Shown here: piece by piece, positions 27,400 through 41,460 of the stretch
Layout: every line of letters starts with the position of its first letter
Numbering within the stretch: the first letter of the stretch is position 1
From: Takakia lepidozioides
Taxonomy: Eukaryota; Plantae; Bryophyta
Length of the DNA stretch: 64,000 bases
Assembly (NCBI GenBank): GCA_030704615.1
Contig: CM060731.1
Span: forward strand, 94,116,001-94,180,000
Reading direction: 5' to 3'
Program-made: the position numbers and the translations under genes
The notes under the pieces: generated by a model
Databases searched by the model: none
Told to the model about the DNA's origin: nothing
Seen by the model: only the letters and a program-made list of their open reading frames with translations

Positions 27400-29309
27400 G
27401 TGCGGGGGCTGGTCGCATGGTTGCATCATTTACCCATTATGGGTTTGGGCTATTGTTGGAGTCTTGACTTCGCAGGCCCATTGTCACTAATGATTCGCCA
27501 TAACAAGCATGTGATGGTGATGGTGGAACACTTCTCCAAATGGATTGAATTGGTAGCGTTGCCTGAGAAGGCAAGTGAGGGGGTTGCGTATACATTCTTA
27601 GATTAAGTTCTTAGCCGATTTGGTTCTCCAGCCAAGGTACCCACGGACCAGGGGAGAGAGTTCTTGGGGAGTTTCAGGATTTGTGTGAGCAAGCCTTGAT
27701 AGATCGAGATTATCCCGAGGGTGATGGCTTGGCGGAGAGAGTTGTTCAGACAGTTAAGAGGTATTTGCGCAAATACACCTGGGAGATTGGCACCTTCAGC
27801 TGCTTTGGTTGGCTATAGGCTATAGGTTCAGCAAACAAGCGTCACTTGCCTCCTTATCACCTTACTTTCTTTTCTTTGGCCGAGAGCCAGATTTGCCTGC
27901 ATTTATTCGCAAAGAGGCTGCAGTAGTCCTCAACCTTGATGATCCGGCTGTGTGACACAAGCATGTGACCAGCGGCAGAGTTGTTCAAGAAAGTCATGCC
28001 TATGGCTTTTGAGAACCTTGCTATTGCCCAACACCGAGACACATTGAGGTATGTTACTATACGTGGAGGAGGGATATCGACCGGGTGTTCGGAGATTCAG
28101 CCCCAGAGACTATGTGTATCTGTAGCAGACAACACCAACGACCTTGGATGTCACAGCAGTGCGAGTGATTCTACGAGTACGAGAGGTGTTGCTTTCAGGA
28201 GTGTTGATTTTGTAGGGTCAAGATGGCATGGTATGGAAGGACCATGTGCACAATTGTGCGCCATGTCACCTTCTACATGTGGATGAGATGATAGATCCCA
28301 ACCTTGCAGTGGTACCTACAGGGTTGCGTTGCATGCTAGTGGTGCCGCAACCATGTTGGTGTATGACAAATGCTCAAGGGGATGGCACATGGAATGCTTA
28401 ACACCGCCACTTGAGGAGGTTCCTAGCGGAGAATGGTTGTGTCCACGATGCCTTGGATAGAGGTAGTGGGCATGACAATGGTGAGTTTGACAAGTGATCC
28501 AAGGTCTAGCTGGTGGTAGTTCAACGCCATGGGTGCTCAATTGAAGATCATGGATTGCAGGCATGCGACTAACAATGGGGCTCTCTTTGCACCCGACCTC
28601 TTGATCCATAGACTTTAGAAAGTTGGGACATGTGCGGTTGAAGACCAAGCGATGATCCAATTAGGATCAGTACTTATCAGCTATCCGGTGTTAACCTATC
28701 ACCAACTAAGGGGGCGATTGTGGCATAGCTTTATAGGATTGTGTGCTAGGAAGTGTGGTCGGACACCTATGTTGTGGCATGATGCTTAGGTGCACGACAG
28801 CTGTCATGGTTTTAGTCATGGTTAGTTAGAAATAATTATTTCTTGCTAATTAGGGCTTCATATATTTATATTAGTAATTTGTTGGTATTGGGACTTCATT
28901 TAGTTCCATGTGCCAAGTGAGGTGGCGAACCTCACTTGGGGTGGGGAGAGGCTTATCTCCACGTGAGCCTCAGGAAGGCTGATCTTCTTGTAGTTGAGCC
29001 TCCATGAGCTTCTTTCACCTCTATAGCTCTAGGTATTGAGAGGGAGGCGTGTTGAGGGCTTTGTAGGGTGGATTCCTTTAACAAAGGTGTCTTTGGCTTG
29101 ACTTAGTTTATGTGATAGAGTGGATTTCACTTGGAAGGACTAGGGTTTGCTCTTAGTGTGATTGCTTTCATGCTTGGAGTGTTTTCATTGTCTTCCATTT
29201 CTTCCATTTATCATCTCTTATCATTGTGGCATAGCTTTTTAGGATTGTGTGCTAGGAAGTGTGGTCAGACAGTGATGTATGTTGTGGCACGATGCTTATG
29301 TGCACGACA
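27400..29309 (+). mobile_element. Diverged PHD-Gypsy 3' half: degenerate integrase-PHD, then PPT-A-gc-B-t-A
   Basis: WSLDFAGPL..VMVEHFSKWIELV and MAFENLAIAQHRDTLRY, plus a PHD remnant. PPT to 28718; A 28719-28799; gc; B 28802-29223; t; A 29225-29309. Confidence 0.88.
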
Positions 29310-29699
29310 TTCTCTTATGGAAGAGTGCTTGTGAGATTTCAACCACATTCATGCAAGTCACTTTGGGCGCCATTGGATTCTACACAATGTAGAATATATT
29401 AATTACAGCAGCAACATAATGTATTGCACGTGCACAAATAAGATGTTGATACAGTCCAGAAAGCACAAATGATGAGGAACATATATTTATGAGCACTTCT
29501 AGAGCACCTCATGCAATCGCTCGGCACGTCCAAGAAGGTCCACCATGCAGCCAAAATGCTTTACTGTCGGAGTGACACAATGATCCTAAGGGAATCAAAG
29601 TAGCGTCTTCATTTATCCACTAGGCCAACGTGGCTGCATGCAAAGAGAACTCATATAAAAGTGTTATTGTCAAGCTTGAAGCCTTCCATTTGCTCTCTT

Positions 29700-30790
29700 G
29701 CATGACGTCCCTATTACGACCATGCTAGGCATATCTTGTAATCATCCCATTCCAAGACACCACATCTCATTTGACATATTGTCAAGAACACTCCCTTTGC
29801 ATCTTCAATGCCCCACATGATTTGATATGCATGTCCACCAAGGCAGTGTTCAGAATGACATCTATACATTTCAGTTACATGCCCCCTGCCCTCCCTTGCT
29901 ACCTCTCTCCTTACTCTGCAATTAACAGAGCTTCTACAGACTTTAAAGCAAAGAGACATTTCAGCAGATTCAGATACTTATATTTGTTTCGTACATAAGT
30001 ACTGCGTCAACATGATTGGCTTGGCAGCCCTGGGAAACGGCCAAGAGGTCCATGCCACATGGTGACATCAACACATTTAAGCTGGAGTTATTCCAAAAGT
30101 CATACTAAACGGTACTCTACTTTTCCCCCTCCCTGCCCTGCATGCTGGCAAAGTTTGAAAAGAAACAAAAATCATTTGGATGGGATTCATTCATTCGCCC
30201 TTTTAATGAAGTTCGATTGATCCCATACTTGTCCTGGACCTGTTTGAGGGTATGCAGAACGTGCTGGCAAACATTGAAAAGAAACAAAAATCTGATAGAG
30301 GCTCTACAGACTTCAACGAACTAGGCATTTCAGCATATTCATATAACTGCCCCTGTCTCAAGCATAAGAGCATAAAGATGAAAGGTCTGCAAACTAAAAA
30401 TCAGGTGCAATATGCTCACATTATCTTAAGTGGATTCAAGACAAATGTTTCTCTACACAAACACCTTGTCAACATGTATATTAAGTGTGGTAGCTCGAGG
30501 ATGCCCACCTGGCAGCCCTGGAAAATGGCAAACAGTTCCATGGTCACATCATCCAAGCTGGAATTGTGCCAGATGTCATTTTGAACAATAGAACCCTAAT
30601 GGACCTTCATGGACAACATCCTCATAGTACCCTCCCCACCCTTGCCTCTGCTCACATTATCCAAAGTGGATTCAAGCCAAACGTTTTTTCTACACAACAC
30701 CTTTGTGAACATGTATGTTAAATGCGGTAGCATCATGGATGCTCAGCTTGTGTGGGAATGGTTCATGGTGACATCATCATAGCTGGAATT
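29700..30790. pseudogene. Decayed PLS-class PPR fragments on both strands
   Basis: Plus strand: AHIILSGFKTNVSLHKHLVNMYIKCGS and HNTFVNMYVKCGSIMDAQLV. Minus strand: DVILNTALVDM..DVVSWNGMITRYA. Confidence 0.7.
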
Positions 30791-30799
30791 ATTGTTCGA

Positions 30800-31570
30800 G
30801 ATGTGGCATAGGACTGAGGCCTGTGGTGGGAGTCATGGGGAGCCTTGGGGCTCACCACGGTCCATTGGGGCCGTGGTGGGTAGGCCAAGACTCATCGCGA
30901 CTCATCACAGGGAGTCGAGGTTCACGGTGGTGGCTCACCAAAAATGACTTGGGGGCTGTTTGTGAAACCCCCGCTGACACCTACAGAAGTATATATAGGG
31001 GAATAGTAACCCTGAGAACGGTGCAAGCCGGTGAAGCGACCAAAAAGCTAGTAAAGCAAATAAATGAGCCGGAAAATGACCAGTGTGGGAAGCTAGTCCG
31101 GACTGCCTTCAACCAATAGGGATTTCGACCTTGCCCAAGTGGTTGGGAATCATGTGAGGGGAGACCATTATGCCCCGGTGAGCAGCCGAAGCTCCAAGTT
31201 GGCTCGGCGGCCAGTTTGGGAGCTAGGTGCGCGCACCAAAACGAGTAACTACGACTTGAAAGATAATTTACCAAAATGAGGTGTGCGACATATATATAGG
31301 GAGTAGTAACCCGAGAACGGTGCACCCGTTAAGCAATCAAAGCTAGTGAAACGAACGAGCAAGCCGGAAGGCGACCAAGCGTGGGGAGCTAATCCGGACT
31401 GCCTTAACCATACGAAATTTACAAAAGGGCTCGGGGCGCAAGGGTCACTAAAAAGGGGACCATTACACCTCGGTGAGTAGGTGCAACTCGAAGTTGGCCG
31501 AGAGGCCAATTTGGGAGTTAGGCACACGTATCAAAATGTGTAACTATGACTTCAAGGGGAGTTACCAAAC
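30800..31570 (+). repeat. Diverged chromovirus LTR fragment with a tandemly duplicated 3' portion
   Basis: Homologous to about 1825-2328 and ending gtgtgcgaca at 31290. A second partial unit starts tatatatagggagtagtaacc. Confidence 0.75.
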
Positions 31571-33608
31571 ACATCAGATCTTCTTCGGCCACCAGACTTC
31601 ATTTTCATAGATAGATTGCTTGTGGCACTCTCATAGAGCCTGATCAACTTTCTCGTTTCGCTATGTGTAATCTTGCTAGGTCGTCATCTCTCCCCGGCCT
31701 AGTGTAATTGTTTCAACAACCCTGCGCTATGTGTGATCTTGCTAGGTCCTCATCTCTCCCCGGCCTAGTGTAACTGTTTCAACAACCCTGCTACAGTATA
31801 GTGTAGCTTTCTGATCTTTAGGGCATTCATGACCCTAGGTCAATGGTCTCGTCATCTTTTCTTCTTATTGTTCGTGAGGTATCCAGCGCGGTCCACCGTG
31901 AGAACATGCCTCATGGCAGCCTTCGAGCACCCCAGGGTTTCAATTTTTTTTCCTCAAATAATTCGAATAAAGTTTCAAGAGCTTCCTCCCTTTTTTCGAA
32001 GTTTTTTTTAATAAAAAAACAATTCTTTTTTTTTCATACTTTTAGATACTGCATTGCCTCTTTTCAGCCCTTGGCGAAGAAAAACATTCTCCCCAATCCC
32101 TCCTTAACCATATCCTGGCCTACAACCCCCTGACGTCTTGGCATCTATCTCATGTTGAACCTCGCCCGCTTTCTACCCAAATCCTACTCTAGCACATTGG
32201 TTGTTTAGGAGTCATGGGACATTCTCATTGCCGAGGAGCTAATGCCCAAAAGAAGGTTCAATTTGCTAGGGGTCGTGAAGCGGCCACGTTACGCATAGAG
32301 AAAGGGCTAGACACTTGCACCCACAAGTTTGGTCCGTAAGGTGCGCGGACAAGAAAACTTCCCATAATTTGTTTCTAGTCTTTGACACGGTGGAGGACAT
32401 CATGGATGACCTCAAGGGTTTACCCACTCTCGAATAAACTAAAATTTAAACTCGAGGCGGGAAGCCTACCTTTGAACAGCAAAAATATGCAAAGAGGAAA
32501 AGGGAATTGCAATGCCCATTGTGTGGGCAACCTCAAGACAATATTCATAACTGATTCATTGTCCCGGGGTACTCTCACTGGAGACGCGCCCTTTTCAAAT
32601 CCATCAAATCCATCAAATCCATCAAGGGATTTATGTCTGTATCTCTACTTACCAATTTTGAACCAAAAGCCTAAGCCCTTTTGGGGCCTAGTTATTGGGC
32701 AAATCACACACAGATTATAAATGCTTGTGTAAAGGGATTTCTAGAGGATATGTAGAAAACTTGGATCAATTGTCTCTTGTAGGATAAGTCATACTACCGA
32801 CGTTAGCCCTGAGTTTATATCCATTTCCATTCAAACTAGGTGCGGGGTCAATGGCCACAAGGCTACGGCAAACAATGTCTTATGAGCACATAATCAAGAG
32901 CTCGGGCTATGGAGGCTCAACCCAAAGAAGATGAGCTCTTTGCCAAGTCAGATGCAGGATATATAACCATCCACACCTCTCAACAAAAATAGAAATAAAA
33001 AAGCTTCATGTAGAAGATAGCCTTCCACGTCTCAAAATAGAAATAAAAAATGGCCTACATGGAAAACAACCCTTCCACATCTAAGAGTACCATCAAGACT
33101 TGCATGCCCTACTGAAGAAAGGAGAATCAGGCCTTTAGTGCAAGACTTGGGCTTCCAAATGAAAACCCAAACCTTGTTGCCATCCTCTTAGAAACTAGTC
33201 AGCAGAATACAAGAACGAACACTTGGGTATAACCGGCTCGCACGTCACTGAGTGCTGGGTTCACAATTTCAACTGATAACCCATAAGGCCGGAGGCTCTC
33301 CTGTCTGATGTTACAAGCACGTTTTTCTTGATTTGGACTCGAGTGCATATCGCACACTTTACAATTGAGAACTGTAATGTGAAACGGTGATTATACTCTA
33401 CAAGCTCCTGCCTTAGGCCATGGGGTGGGAACAACTTGGGTCTCATCCACTACCACAAATTAGTGTATTTGATGTTGAGTCAAACATGTTACATCTTGGG
33501 GGCCCTTGGTGGACGATAATATTTTTTAAATGAGGGGTGTGCATTGATGAGACAGTAGAAAAAGTTTTTTAAAAAAATAATTAGAAAAAAACACTTGTAT
33601 GTCAAAAA

Positions 33609-36600
33609 TCAGCGTTCTGGAGAAGAGAAAAATATGACCAGAAAGTAAACAACAAAGCCTGCTATCAAGATTCCCCCGTAAAGAAATGCCTGTGATGAAT
33701 GGACAGGTGTTACATACTCAACTCTGCATCATTGCATCTGGTCCCTCTCAACACCCAGCATGTGATCCACATACCTGCATCAAGAAACAAGGATATAGTA
33801 GTTCATACATTATCGATGCTTAATCCCTTCAATGTCCTTGAAAAATGTCTAAGAAAAAAAATCAACCCAAAGCCTGGGAAAGGGAAAAGGAGGACAAAAC
33901 ATTCATATTTGAATCTCTTATAACTTGTCCTTTTCTGTTACCAAATGCAATCATAATCCCTCCTTACAAGACAGCATAAAATCTCTAAAACCTCTCTACC
34001 ATAATCCTTTGCCCTTGTAAGCCACAAACCACTAGACTGTGGGCAGATTTTTCAAATCAACAAACAAGGAAGCTCCCCCAACTTAAGTGAAATCATCTTT
34101 TTAAAACTTTTGGTATGGTGAAACTTACTCTTGCGTGAACCCAGCAGACTGCATGAGAGTGGTTTAGTTCAAAAGGGCATCTTGGAGCCGATGATCATAC
34201 AGCAGTGCAGACAGCTGTACCATTTGCTCCTCGAGGTGGTCCAAGTAGGTCTCCAGGCGTTCCACTTTTTCGTGAGGCAAGGGGTGAGGCAGTGTTGTTG
34301 TTTTCTTGTAGAACTTATCGAGCCACAGCTCAGCACTTGATTTCTCGGGCTGCCCTTTCACCGGATCCCCCAGAGGAGTCCTTAGGTAATAACTGGCAAA
34401 TGCTTGGACGGCTTCCGTGGATTCCCTGATAGACTTTAGGGCCATATCAACCCGTGCATAAATTGCATTGCGCTGCAATTTAGACACCCGTATGATTTCA
34501 TTATTCAAAACCGGATTGGTACATACCAGTCTAGTAACCGATTGATGAGAAGACACTGATGGACAAAACTTGTGACTGGAGGAAGAACAAGTCATTAAAG
34601 ACATGAATAGAAGATCATGCAATCAAGTAGTAAGTACCATTTATCCAGAACTGAGCACTCTTTCACAAAAGCACCCCCAACTGTAGCTCCACTACGTTTA
34701 AGTTCCATCAACCCTGAGAATCACAAGCTGAGGCAAACATGGGATAAATGGGCGAGAAGTCTGTGACACAGAGCTCCCCAATGGCTCTTCACTCGTCTAT
34801 GGTAACCCAATCCCAGCCTTCAAAGAAAAGTTTGAAGAACACACTCCTTGTGTTGCGCTCCCCAACACACTCAGAACCCCTAAAAGAAGCAGCTTTCTTC
34901 CCTGCATAATGTTCTACTGCCTTACTCCTGTGACTCTGCTAAGTACAAGAAGGGGATTTTTCCACAGGCGCAAAGAGAGATGCGAAGGGAATTGAGGAGG
35001 AATGATGAAAGCTCACCAGCGCAGTGTCAAGTAGCAGTTGGCTGACACTTGACGTATTGGAGAAAGGACCAAAGGGGTGGTGGCCAGAGGCCCAGAGCCA
35101 GTCAAGAACAGGACGCTCATGGACGACTGAGGCCTTCTCATATGGTGCCACCAAGCCACCTACAACAGCAGCCAGCCCTGCCAGTATATGCCGCTGAGGG
35201 GAGTTGGGCATAGCCTCCCTCCTTTTAGTCTCTGACACAGAGCTGCCACAAACGTCCTATTTCAGAACTATCCTAAGTCAAAGAGTGACCCCATTCCAAC
35301 AGAAGGGGCATTGATGCAAAATGTTTCCAGATGTCCAACTTCCATTTTTGAGAACAGACAAACTGAAGCATGACGTGATTTCAGATGCAGAAGCCTGCTA
35401 AAAATCATAGCCTGTAGTCGTTCCTCCCTTCATCCTTTTCGTGTGATAGTCTGTTGTATGTCTTGGCTTTGTCTCAATGCCAGTGTCAACATCCTGTCAC
35501 CCTATGTCTCATCACTCTTCCAGTTCCTTAATGGCATTTAAAACCGCACGTAGTACTATGTAGGGTAGGTCTCAGAACAATCACCCGGGTCCTACAGAGT
35601 ATATTCAAATCCAAGGCTTCTCCTATTCAAGTGCAGAGATGTAGCAGAGGCTGACCTCAAAGGGATAGGGTCACCAGCATGTTGGAGCACAAACACAGCA
35701 TCATGACTCACCCACACAAGATTCTCTCCTTCCATCAGCAATTGTGAATCACAACCCGCCAAAGATAATACAAACCTGTAACACCTCGGACGAATCATTG
35801 TTTGACACAAGTTAGTTAATCTGCCAGTATCTTGAGCAATATTCCCACAGCACTAATCAAGCCTCCAGCTTGATTCTGCCATTGTTTCTTGACAGATTTA
35901 GAATGAGGATGAATCCCTGTGCATTACACGTTTACAATCAGTTTATCAAACATGGCAGATTTATCGATTGATGACAGTGTCCTTTGTACCGTGATCTTTG
36001 CATGGAAGCTCCTCTTATAGCGATACAGATATGATCACTGCATGAGGACTTCAGCAACTCGTTGCCCTTCATTTAAATTTTTGTGTGTGAGCAGGCCAGG
36101 TTTGGATTCGGATTCCATTCTGACAGTGCTGCCAAAAAGCTCCAACAACCTAGGCAATGCCGTAGGAGCCAAGTTTCGAAAGTACTCACACAGGAACTAC
36201 GCGGGTGCCATGAGATTTTGCCACCTGCGCAGGCTGTGGCGGTTTGCGGTTGCTGACCCCTTTTCGATTCTCCTTCCGCTCCTGAGAACCTCGCTTGGCA
36301 TACGGGTATCTAGGTCTGCGTGACTTGATTGCTGTGCTCTCTGGTGAGTTGTATGGCTGTTGCCAGGCTTGCTGTAAGGAAGATTATTTGCACATTGTTA
36401 TGTTACACCATCCAAATGTACATATCCTTTTTTCTCTCTCATGGACCCTCAGGGTGCCCTGTGGGATACTATAGAGTTTGCTACCGAAATATCTGTAGAC
36501 CTTTCCTATTCAATCTTCCCTTGTACAAGCAGTTTCCTGTGCATTTCTGTAGAACAGAGCTAGTAGGATAATTTGTCTATATGCACAAATATGGCACTCG

Positions 36601-39600
36601 GCGATAACATATGACAACAATGAAGGATAAAAGGGATTCTATTCACTACACCGACTTCCTAGAGTGGGTGCATGGACTAATATCAGGAAGTCGCCACAAC
36701 ACTTGTGCAAGTTTAGCTAAAAGCTCTTCCAAAATACGAGCAGGAAAGTCTAGTGGAAAAATTGCCCTCACATAGATTGAGCCCTTCAAACACCACAAGC
36801 AGTGGCTCAGTTTGTAAGGAGCACTTGTAATACCCTCCAGTCCAGTACATTATAATAGGCCATTCGTTTAGCTCATCAATCTAATAGGAAACAGGTCTTT
36901 GTAGGATCAGTGAGAGTACCAGTGGTCTGAAAAATTGCCTTGAAAGGTCTGGATCTGCAACTTCAAGAATACCAGCTGCCAGCACATCAGTTGAGTGCCT
37001 CATCTCCTGTAGTGACAGTGCAAAAAATGTAATGGTATAACTTTCATTTTTTCTGGTCTGATATATATACACAGTGATAGTTCTGGACCCCTTTATTTCT
37101 CTTTGATCTGGTCTCTAGAATCTACAATCAAGTCCAAATAAGCGTGAACCTTAGGCATGAAACAGTGCCTTTTCTTCTTGCACGTTTGTGAAGGCCGAGT
37201 CTGCCAAAGCCAGGTCCTTGCTGCGTACCTCTCTAAGCACAGCCCCATCAAGATAGGTCATAGTTTTGGCATGAAAGCGGCCATCTTTCCAAGTCTCATG
37301 GATGGATTGACCTCGCGTCGCTTTGGCGACAGCCATAGCCAGGCGTTCGTGTTCATGGAGGCTATGGGTGCCCCCCACTACCACCACTTCCTGTCCTGGC
37401 TGCAGCATCTTCTTCACCTGCCAATACAAGGACAAAAGAGACTACATCAAACACATAACCAGGTGCAACCTTACATATACCTGCTTCCTTTGGACCCCGA
37501 CTCATGAGAAACAAAGCGATATCTCAATACACTAATGTGGGATGTGGGTTTGCAATGGATGTTAGTCACACATAACCAATGGAGTAATACACACCAAAGT
37601 TAGTGCTACTTCACAACAGACAAGTGCAAAAGGAGCTATACATGCTATGGTTGTCTTCCAGGAGAAATTTGACTACCAAAACTATCCTGATAAGACTCCA
37701 TATTCAACCACGGGAGGAACTAATTACTATCTTAGAGCATTAAAGTACCACATTACCTGAGCTCTAATGTCATCCACATTGATGCTGAAGTTAGTCCCAG
37801 GCTGGAGGGGATCGTACTGCAGATGATTGCGCAATACTATTATCGGTACGAGCAACCGATGAGTTGGATCCACTGTCTCAAACCTGTTATGAACGACAAA
37901 ACACAAAAATATCTGACAAAATGAAAAGCCTACCAATTATATCATGACGGAGTTGCTGTCTCTATCTGCACACCTCTCTCCCTCTCCTCATATTCAATTG
38001 CCAACAGATTGTGCCATGACCAGGAGTAGGATTACTCATAGCATGATCCCATTGGTCGTACACTAGATCCAAGGAGCTCTGGTCATATGCTTGATATTTG
38101 CTTTCGATCCCCACTCCCACTTGTGTTCCATCATGAAGCTCTCAAGCAGCTACAACAGTTCTGTCCTGAGATTGCGACCCAACTGGAGGAGTGCTATCTC
38201 AAAGGGTCTATCTCCAGCAGAAGGCTACATTAAGTGTGTTACACTAATGGTTCATTCTATCTAAGAATTTATTTCATTTGTCTCTCTCCACAGTGAATTC
38301 TTTGATGAGGGGTCTGGGATGATGTTCCTCTACATGAGAACCCTGCATTACAGGAGACAAACCAGTGTGGGCGGTTAACCTGACATCCGGGGCAATGACA
38401 TGCTCCAGGGCAGAAAAAATAACAGCAGAGATCAAGCCACAAAAGACGTCTTTGCTGTCACTAGGTTTCACCGGGGTGCGGCGGCGTGGGAGTAAGAGGT
38501 GCTGCAGCCTTGGCACTGTCCTGTGACCCACACTCCCTTCCTCAGTCTCCAGCCTTCCATAAGTGCATGGTCCTGCTGATATGTCAATCACCGCATACCT
38601 GTAGATAACAACCAAGTGAGGTCAAGTCAGCTGAAAGAATGCACAAAATGCTTTCATTAATTGGATATTCCAGAAGTTCTAGGGTGTAAGATTCGGGCCT
38701 CATCTTTCAATATTGACTAACATCTTACCAAGAAAATGCACCAGGGCATTTCTCAGTGCAAGCAAAACCTAAAACCGCTATTGCCCCTATATCTTACTTC
38801 AGCCAACGACATGCAGCCCATCATGGTTATCAACACCAAATAACTAGCAACCAAGCGAATGAGATCCTCAGCTTTTGCCTACTACATGGCAAGAGCAGCA
38901 GGCAGTAGAACACAAGTGCAGCTATCATTACCATGCCTGCCTACATAGTTCGAAGTTGCAAACCTTCCATGGCTGAGCCAGACTTGTGAGGAGGCTCCCC
39001 CATTGTACCGATACCGGTAAACATATCCTGATTCCTGTTTCAGAATTTCCTCTGGCGTCAAATCCTCAATCTTGGCACCATATGCCGCCCCCATATCTCC
39101 CGTCTCATTGGTCCTTGGATCCATTCTCACCTGCAATGGTTTGGCTTGAGCTTTCCGACTACATACGAACTCTCGGAACAGACATGACTAACAAGAAAGC
39201 AAACAACTTTTGCCATACGACATTACTCCCAAGTGCCAACACAAGCTCAACATGACGCCCCACTGGCAGCCCAAATTGACATTTTTGCTGTCAGCCAAGC
39301 GAAGTGATTCATCTTCACTCTACAGTTGCAAATACCATTTTCATTGCTCAACAAGAAATCTATTTTACAAGCGAAGGAGTGGTGATTCCTTACAGTAGCA
39401 ATAGAAATATCAATGTGAGAGCCTAGAGATCTCTAACTCACATTTGAGAGATAACCCAACAAAAAATAAATGAGCTATCTCATACCCAAGGTAAACAAGA
39501 GTTTTCCCAGCTGGAAACATAGGCACCTGGATGCTTGGAGTACAAACTCAATTCATGTTCTTTTCTGCTTGATTTTGAGTGGTTGATTGAGAAATTCCAT

Positions 39601-41460
39601 TGATTCAACCACTCAACTAGGTGGCTAAGAATATTCTCCTCAATGCACTGAAGGACCACACCTCCAGGAAAGACACATGGAAAGAAACGGAAAAAAGGGA
39701 GGAGGGAAACCAGAAAGATTGCTGTCTCATCACTTACAAGAGACAATCCAAGAAAACAAGACAAATACACTTGACCGGCTTTTATAACTCCTCTGACTTC
39801 ACCAATTCCCAACAGACGTTAGTTTCTTTTGAGGTGAGGACTCTCTCTAGCTTACACTAGCTAGAGATGTTTAAGTCGTGAGACTTTGGAGCTATATTCT
39901 ACAGACCGTACTTGAGAGTATTGACTTGACCACATCACAATGGTTCAAACTGAGGTACAGAGACACAAACCTTGTCAAGGTTCAGAATGAAAATGGCATT
40001 CGGGAGGGGACGGTCCATTTCAATGTTGGATTGTGCATCTGCTGGAAGCCCAAATAAATAGCTGTATAGTTGATCAAAAGTAGGCTCCACACTTGTAGCC
40101 TCAATTTCATACAGCGGAACTTCCTTCCCATACTCGCTCTGTTGCAAGTGTCCGAGAAAGCATAACAGTTCAGAAAGCAGCAAGAGCATCTACAGCCAAC
40201 TATAGGTGATTTTGCCTACAATATGCAGACAACTTTAATTATAAGTTGCGGGAGGCTGCAAGAGAATGTACTCATAAGACGTTGTTTGAGAAATACAAAG
40301 ACAGAAAAGAGTTATTATTTGGCCATCAAGAAAGAAAAGAATCAGGGGAGAAGAAGCTATAAATAAGTCAATTCAGATTTACCTCCCTGGTCAAGCCTGA
40401 CTTCACCATTGCCCTCCTTAGTGTCCATTCAAATGCAATAAGTTCTGTTTGTCCCACCTGCCCAAATTGAAAAAATCAACCACTCAGGAAACCAATACAC
40501 AATCCCATTTTGAAGTATACAAGCTAAACCTTTCAATAAACTTGACAGAGCCCTACAACAATTTCTGAGGAAAAACCTGACAGATGTATGTTCCCATTTA
40601 TGAATCCCTACACGCCCCCTTTCCCCTGCTCTCTACCCTGAAGCAGGAACATTTGCAAAGACAGAGGTACTGCAAACTATTCAAATATGATTATTGATCC
40701 TTCCTAAACAACCCTGAACCTCTGAAATGCTTAAGTTTTCCAATTTCAGCATAGTTGGAAAATGTGCACATCTCCGCAATTACCTGGAAGACATTGTAGC
40801 TCATCTCATGCTCAATAGCCAGCAATTCACCTGTCTCCATGCAAGATAGTCGATGTGAGTGGAAGCTTTTCGTCATGTGATCTTGCAATCTCTCAGGATC
40901 CAGATGGAAACGGTACCCACCATCACCCATAAACCCTACCAGCACCACATTTACTTCAAGCGGGACTGTAAATGGAACCTGCGATGAACCATGGAACGCA
41001 AATCCCATATGATGAGCTGGAGGAGGTCACCTTAGCATCCAATCCACAAATTTTCCATTTGACGAAGGGTGCACCTGACTGCTGGATAGATACTGGCCTA
41101 GCGTGCCAACAGGATTGATAATTTCAAGGTTTCATATCAGGCTCTGGAGAAGTTGACTCCAAGGTCTCTCCCTTAGGGCAAACACAGTCTACCGAGTATA
41201 AAACCCTCCCGGAAGTCTTCTTTCTTTCATTCTCTGCACTCTTCTCGCTGTCTCATAACATACAGAAGCTTGGATAAATTGGATACCTGGGCGCGAGAAT
41301 GAAGGAAGCTGTGAGCCCCCTTCCTCACAGTTTGGTCCTGGAAAGTGCCATGATGCCACTGAGGATGGCCGGGATCCCGCCGAAATGGCTCTGGGTAGGC
41401 CCGCACCTCCAGCAATGTCACCACCAAGATCGCCCACTGCAGCAAGAAAGCGACCCCCAT
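33609..41460 (-). CDS. Multi-exon conserved plant membrane protein, At4g16180-like (KNS3/KNSTH family), with two premature stops near the C-terminus
   Basis: About 14 GT-AG exons: signal peptide + PFRRDPGHPQWHH (41287-41460); VPFTVPLEVNVVLVGF (40783-40979); YAVIDISAGPCTYG; DGRFHAKTMTYLDG; GHHPFGPFSNTS; RNAIYARVD..LWLDKFYKK (34129-34472); last exon with TM segment YGGILIAGFVVYFLVIFFSS (33609-33775). Family assignment is from remembered Arabidopsis sequence. Confidence 0.85.

Noticed and set aside
33729-33731. Selenocysteine or RNA-editing explanation for the TGA at a Cys position
   Set aside because: It is a nuclear gene in an apparent land plant, and an upstream TAA already ends the frame.
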